Shown here in pieces: positions 59,243 to 64,000 of a DNA stretch of 64,000 bases. The stretch comes from Pristiophorus japonicus (taxonomy: Eukaryota): assembly GCF_044704955.1 (NCBI RefSeq), contig NC_091995.1:99076001-99140000 (forward strand), in the 5' to 3' direction. Under the pieces are notes generated by a model, which searched no databases, was not told where the DNA came from, and saw nothing but the letters and a program-made list of their open reading frames with translations. Positions within the stretch are counted from its first letter, which is position 1, and each line of letters opens with the position of its first letter. The position numbers were made by a program, and so were the translations under genes.

Positions 59243-60094
59243 GTAAGTACCGCCTCCTGCCACCATCAGTAACCTTTCTCCGGACTCAGCCTGTTCAGCA
59301 TCAATAGATTTTGTCAGGCAAGGGTACTGCGGGTTACGTGGGCTGAATGGCCTCCTGTTTCTGTGTTCCTATGAGTACAGCCTTCGAGGCTGCTGTTCTC
59401 AAACACTGTACAAGCATGAGGGTGTTTGAAAATGATAGGGGAGTCAAGGGTTATAGGGAGAGGGCAGGGAAGTGGAGTTGAATGGCGGAGCAGGCTCGAG
59501 GGGCCGAATGGCTGCCTCCTGCTCCTAATTCTTATGTAGAGCTTTATACTTTATATACCAGGCTCTAGCACAGTTCACAAGACTATTACAGATGAGGAAA
59601 AGCTGCTTCACAAATCTATACCCATCACTGCTTTGGACTGTCCTGAAATGATGCCAGGGTTTCTGACTCTGGACCATTCCCCATTCCACGTGCTGATTGT
59701 TCACTGCACAAACCGTAGCGTTAAACGGATCTCGCCCTGCACTCCAAGCACTCTGGCCATTGCCAACTGTGACGGGACCACGTCGGCCCAGTCTGGCCCA
59801 CTAGGGTGGTTGGAGATGGGCAGTTTGCTCTCCACTGTTGCCATTGGGGCCGTGACCAGAAATTACACCGCAAATCCAGAGTCACCGGGGAGAGAATCCG
59901 CAGACCAGCCTCTGACTCTCCCCACTTTCTCGAACCCACTCCCCAACTAAGTGACGGAAACAATGAGAATCGGGCAGTATAATGAACCCCTCAGAATAAT
60001 CGTCCAGAAGCTGTGTTTTTAATCCAGCAGGTGTGTGTGGACATTTCTCATTCTCAGGCCTTCACACTTAGTCTCCCACAGGCTGGGTATAGAA

Positions 60095-63000
60095 TAGAAA
60101 CATAGAAAATAGGTGCAGGAGTAGACCATTCGGCCCTTCGAGCCTGCACCACCATTCGATATGATCATGGCTGATCATTATCTCAGTACCCGTTTCCTGC
60201 TTTCTCTCCATACCCCTTGATCCCTTTAGCCGTAAGGAAATATCTAACTCCCTCTTGAATATATCCAATGAACATAAGAACATAAGAATTAGGAACAGGA
60301 GTAGGCCATCTAGCCCCTCGAGCCTGCTCCGCCATTCAACAAGATCATGGCTGATCTGGACGTGGACTCAGCTCCACTTACCCGCCCGCTCACCATAACC
60401 CTTAATTCCCTTATTGGTTAAAAATCTATCTATCTGTGATTTGAATACATTCAATGAGCTAGCCTCAACTGCTTCCTTGGGCAGAGAATTCCACAGATTC
60501 ACAACCCTCTGGGAGAAGAAATTTCTTCTCAACTCGGTTTTAAATTGGCTCCCCCGTATTTTGAGGCTGTGCCCCCTAGTTCTAGTCTCCCCGACCAGTG
60601 GAAACAACCTCTCTGCCACTATCTTGTCTATCCCTTTCATTATTTTAAATGTTTCCATAAGATCACCCCTCATCCTTCTGAACTCCAACAAGTAAAGACC
60701 CAGTCTACTCAATCTATCATCATAAGGTAACACCCTCATCTCCGGAATCAGCCGAGTGAATCGTCTCTGTACCCCCTCCAAAGCTAGTATAACCTTCCTT
60801 AAGTAAGGTGACCAAAACTGCATGCAGTACTCCAGGTGCGGCCTCACCAATACCCTATACAGTTGCAGAAGGACCTCCCTGCTTTTGTACTCCATCCCTC
60901 TCGCAATGAAGGCCAACATTCCATTCACCTTCCTGATTACCTGCTGCACCTGCAAACTAACTTTTTGGGATTCATGCACAAGGACCCCCAGGTCCCTCTG
61001 CACCTCAGCATGTTGTAATTTCTCCCCATTCAAATAATATTCCCTTTTACTGTTTTTTTTTCCAAGGTGGATGACCTCACATTTTCCGACATTGTATTCC
61101 ATCTGCCAAACCTTAGCCCATTCGCTTAACCTATCTCAATCTCTTTGCAGCCTCTCTGTGTCCTCTACACAACCCGCTTTCCCACTAATCTTTGTGTCAT
61201 CTGCAAATTTTGTTACACTACACTCTGTCCCCTCTTCCAGGTCATCTATGTATATTGTGGTCCCAGCACCGATCCCTGTGGCACACCACTAACCACCGAT
61301 TTCCAACCCGAAAAGGACCCATTTATCCCGACTCTCTGCTTTCTGTTAGCCAGCCAATTCTCGATCCATGCTAATACATTTCCTCTGACTCCGCGTACCT
61401 TTATCTTCTGCAGTAACTTTTTGTGTGGCACCTTATTGAATGCCTTTTGGAAATCTAAATACACCACATCCATCGGTACACCTCTATCTACCATGCTCGT
61501 TATATCCTCAAAGAATTCCAGTAAATTAGTTAAACATGATTTCCCCTTCATGAATCCAAGTGGGTCTGCTTGATTGCACTATTCCTATCTAGATGTCCCG
61601 CTATTTCTTCCTTAATGATAGCTTCAAGCATTTTCCCCACTACAGATGTTAAACTAACCGGCCTATAGTAACCTGCCTTTTGTCTGCCCCCTTTTTTTAA
61701 ACAGAGGCGTTATATTAGCTGCTTTCCAATCTGCTGGTACCTCCCCAGAGTCCAGAGAATTTTGGTAGATTATAACGAATGCATCTGCTATAACTTCCGC
61801 CATCTCTTTTAATACCCTGGGATGCATTTCATCAGGACCAGGGGACTTGTCTACCTTGAGTTCCATTAGCCTGTCCAGCACTACCCCCCTAGTGATAGTG
61901 ATTGTCTCAAGGTCCTCCCTTCCCACATTCCCGTGACCAGCAATTTTTGGCATGATTTTTGTGTCTTCCACTGTGAAGACCGAAGCAAAATAATTGTTTA
62001 AGGTCTCAGCCATTTCCACATTTCCCATTATTAAATCCCCCTTCTCATCTTCTAAGGGACCAACATTTACTGTAGTCATCTTTTCCATTTTATATATCGG
62101 TAAAAGCTTTTACTATCTGTTTTTATGTTTTGCGCAAGTTTACTTTCGTAATCTATCTTTCCTTTCTTTATTGCTTTCTTAGTCATTCTTTGCTGTCGTT
62201 TAAAATTTTCCCAATCCTCTAGTTTCCCACTAACCTTGGCCACCTTATATGCATTGGTTTTTAATTTGATACTCTCCTTTATTTCCTTGGTTATCCACGG
62301 CTGGTTATCCCTTCTCTTACCGCCCTTCTTTTTCACTGGAATATATTTTTGCTGAGCACTATGAAAGAGCTCCTTAAAAGTCCTCCACTGTTCCACAATT
62401 GTGCCACCATTTAGTCTGTGTTCCCAGTCTACTTTAGCCAACTCTGCCCTCATCCCACTGTAGTCCCCTTTATTTCAGCATAGTACACTCGTTTGAGACA
62501 CTACTTCCTCACCCTCAATCTGTATTACAAATTCAACCATACTGTGATCACTCTTTCCGAGAGAATCTTTTACAAGGAGATCGTTTATTATTCCTGTCTC
62601 ATTACACAGGACCAGGTCTAAGATAGCTTGCTCCCTTGTAGGTTCTGTAACATACTGTTCCAAGAAACAATCCCATATGCATTCTATGAATTCCTCCTCA
62701 AGGCTACCCCGTGCGATTTGATTTGACCAATCGATATGTAGGTTAAAATTCCCCATGATTACTGCCGTTCCTTTTTCACATGCCTCCATTATTCCCTTGA
62801 TTATTGTCCGCCCCACCGTGAAGTTATTATTTGGGGGCCTATAAACTATGTCCACCAGTGACTTTTTCCCCCTACTATCTCTAATCTCCACCCACAATGA
62901 TTCAACATTTTGTTCATTAGAGACAATATCGTCTCTCACAACTGCCCTGATATCATCCTTTATTAACAGAGCTACCCCACCTCCTTCCCCTTCTTGTCTA

Positions 63001-63728
63001 TCTTTCCGAATTGTCAGATACCCCTGAATGTTTAATTCCCAGTCTTGGCCAGCCTGCAACCACGTTTCTGTAATGGCCACCAAATCATACCCATTTGTAA
63101 TGATTTGTGCCGTCAACTCATTTACTTTATTTCGAATGCTGCGTGCGTTTAGGTAGAGTTTTTTAATACTAGTTTTTAAACCATGATTTTTAGTTTTGAT
63201 CCCTCCTGCAACCCCTTTTATATTCATACATATTGTCCCTTCCTATCACCTTGTGGTTTACACTTACCCCAGTGAACTGGCATCAACAACTCTCTGCGGT
63301 AGAGAATTCCACAGGTTAACAACTCTCTGAGTGAAGAAGTTTCTCCACATCTCAGTCCTAAATGGCCTACCCCTTATCCTAACACTGTGTCCCCTGGTTC
63401 TGGACTTCCCCAACATCGGAAACATTCTTCCTGCATCTAACCTGTCCCGTCCCGATAGAATTTTATATGTTTCTATGAGATCCCCTCTCATTCTTCTAAA
63501 CTCCAGTGAACACAGGCCCAGTCAATCCAGTCTCTCCCCATATGTCAGTCCTTCCATCCTGGGAATCAGTCTGGTGAACCTTCGCTGCACTCCCTCAATA
63601 GCAAGAATGTCCTTCCTCAGATTAGGAGACCAAAACTGAACACAATATTCCAGGTGAGGCCTCACCAAGGCCCTATACAACTGCAGTAAGACCTCCCTGC
63701 TCCTATACTCAAATCCCCTAACTATGAA
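60095..63728 (-). mobile_element. CR1 fragment (60095-60270 and 63266-63728) split by a younger CR1
   Basis: Host sequence ..aatatatccaatgaac resumes as agtgaactggcatcaacaac after the insert. Confidence 0.85.
60271..63265 (-). mobile_element. CR1 LINE ORF2 (APE and RT), same subfamily as 39326-43116
   Basis: Near-identical translations (YLNARSIRNKVNELTAQIITNGYD..., MEYNVGKCEVIHLG..); ttcttatg repeat tail. Confidence 0.95.
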
Positions 63729-63804
63729 GGCACGAGCTATGATACAGCACAGGCTCCCACAGACTGGGTATAGAATGATACTCCCACAGACTGGGTATAG
63801 AATG

Positions 63805-64000
63805 TTACAGCATAGAAGGCCATTCGGCCCATCATGCTTGTGCCGACTCTCTGAGCGAACGATCCAATCAGTCCCACTCCCGCTGCTGTACTCCTCAACT
63901 CCCCCTCGGGCTCTTTTGTCAATGACCTTAAATCTGTGTCCTCTGGTTACCAACCGTCCTGCCACTGGAAACAGTTTCTCCCGATCTACTCCTGTCTAAA
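63805..64000 (-). mobile_element. CR1 3' end, diverged and internally deleted
   Basis: VTRGHRFKVI and gatgggccgaatggcct. Confidence 0.75.

Noticed and set aside
60020-60105. Candidate last exon of GPRC5 (aatccag/cag acceptor; FLILRP resembling FSIPR)
   Set aside because: The similar peptide is not in the required phase-0 frame, and the phase-0 reading runs into a CR1 tail.

Overview
Vertebrate genomic DNA, very likely from a cartilaginous fish, judging by the CR1/RTE/L2 LINEs, Deu-domain SINEs and Mag-type Gypsy elements. It is GC-rich and repeat-dense, with three host genes. (1) A TRIM56-like RING-Bbox-Bbox-coiled-coil-NHL gene with a single coding exon (+, 2735-4660) and an IRF-binding element just upstream. 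(2) An intact 5-exon parvalbumin/oncomodulin-like gene (-, about 7870-18160; coding exons 61/133/110/26 nt, 109 aa) that the ORF track mostly misses. Its EF loop has Asp at the normally Gly position 9, giving five carboxylate ligands. (3) A GPRC5A/D-like class C GPCR gene (+; TATA promoter at about 52815, coding exons 55644-56619 and 59175-59242, last exon not found). The rest is transposon-derived or tandemly repeated: two decayed ~4.7 kb Gypsy elements with 5-bp TSDs, nested CR1 LINEs, solo LTRs, a Penelope remnant with a degenerate hammerhead core, and many G-rich minisatellites. Four of the minisatellites are 33-bp arrays expanded from the same hairpin inside a Deu-SINE. The long repetitive ORFs are artefacts. 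I found no CRISPR-like array and no wholly new system that the sequence alone can support. Family assignments come from recalled sequences, not database searches.
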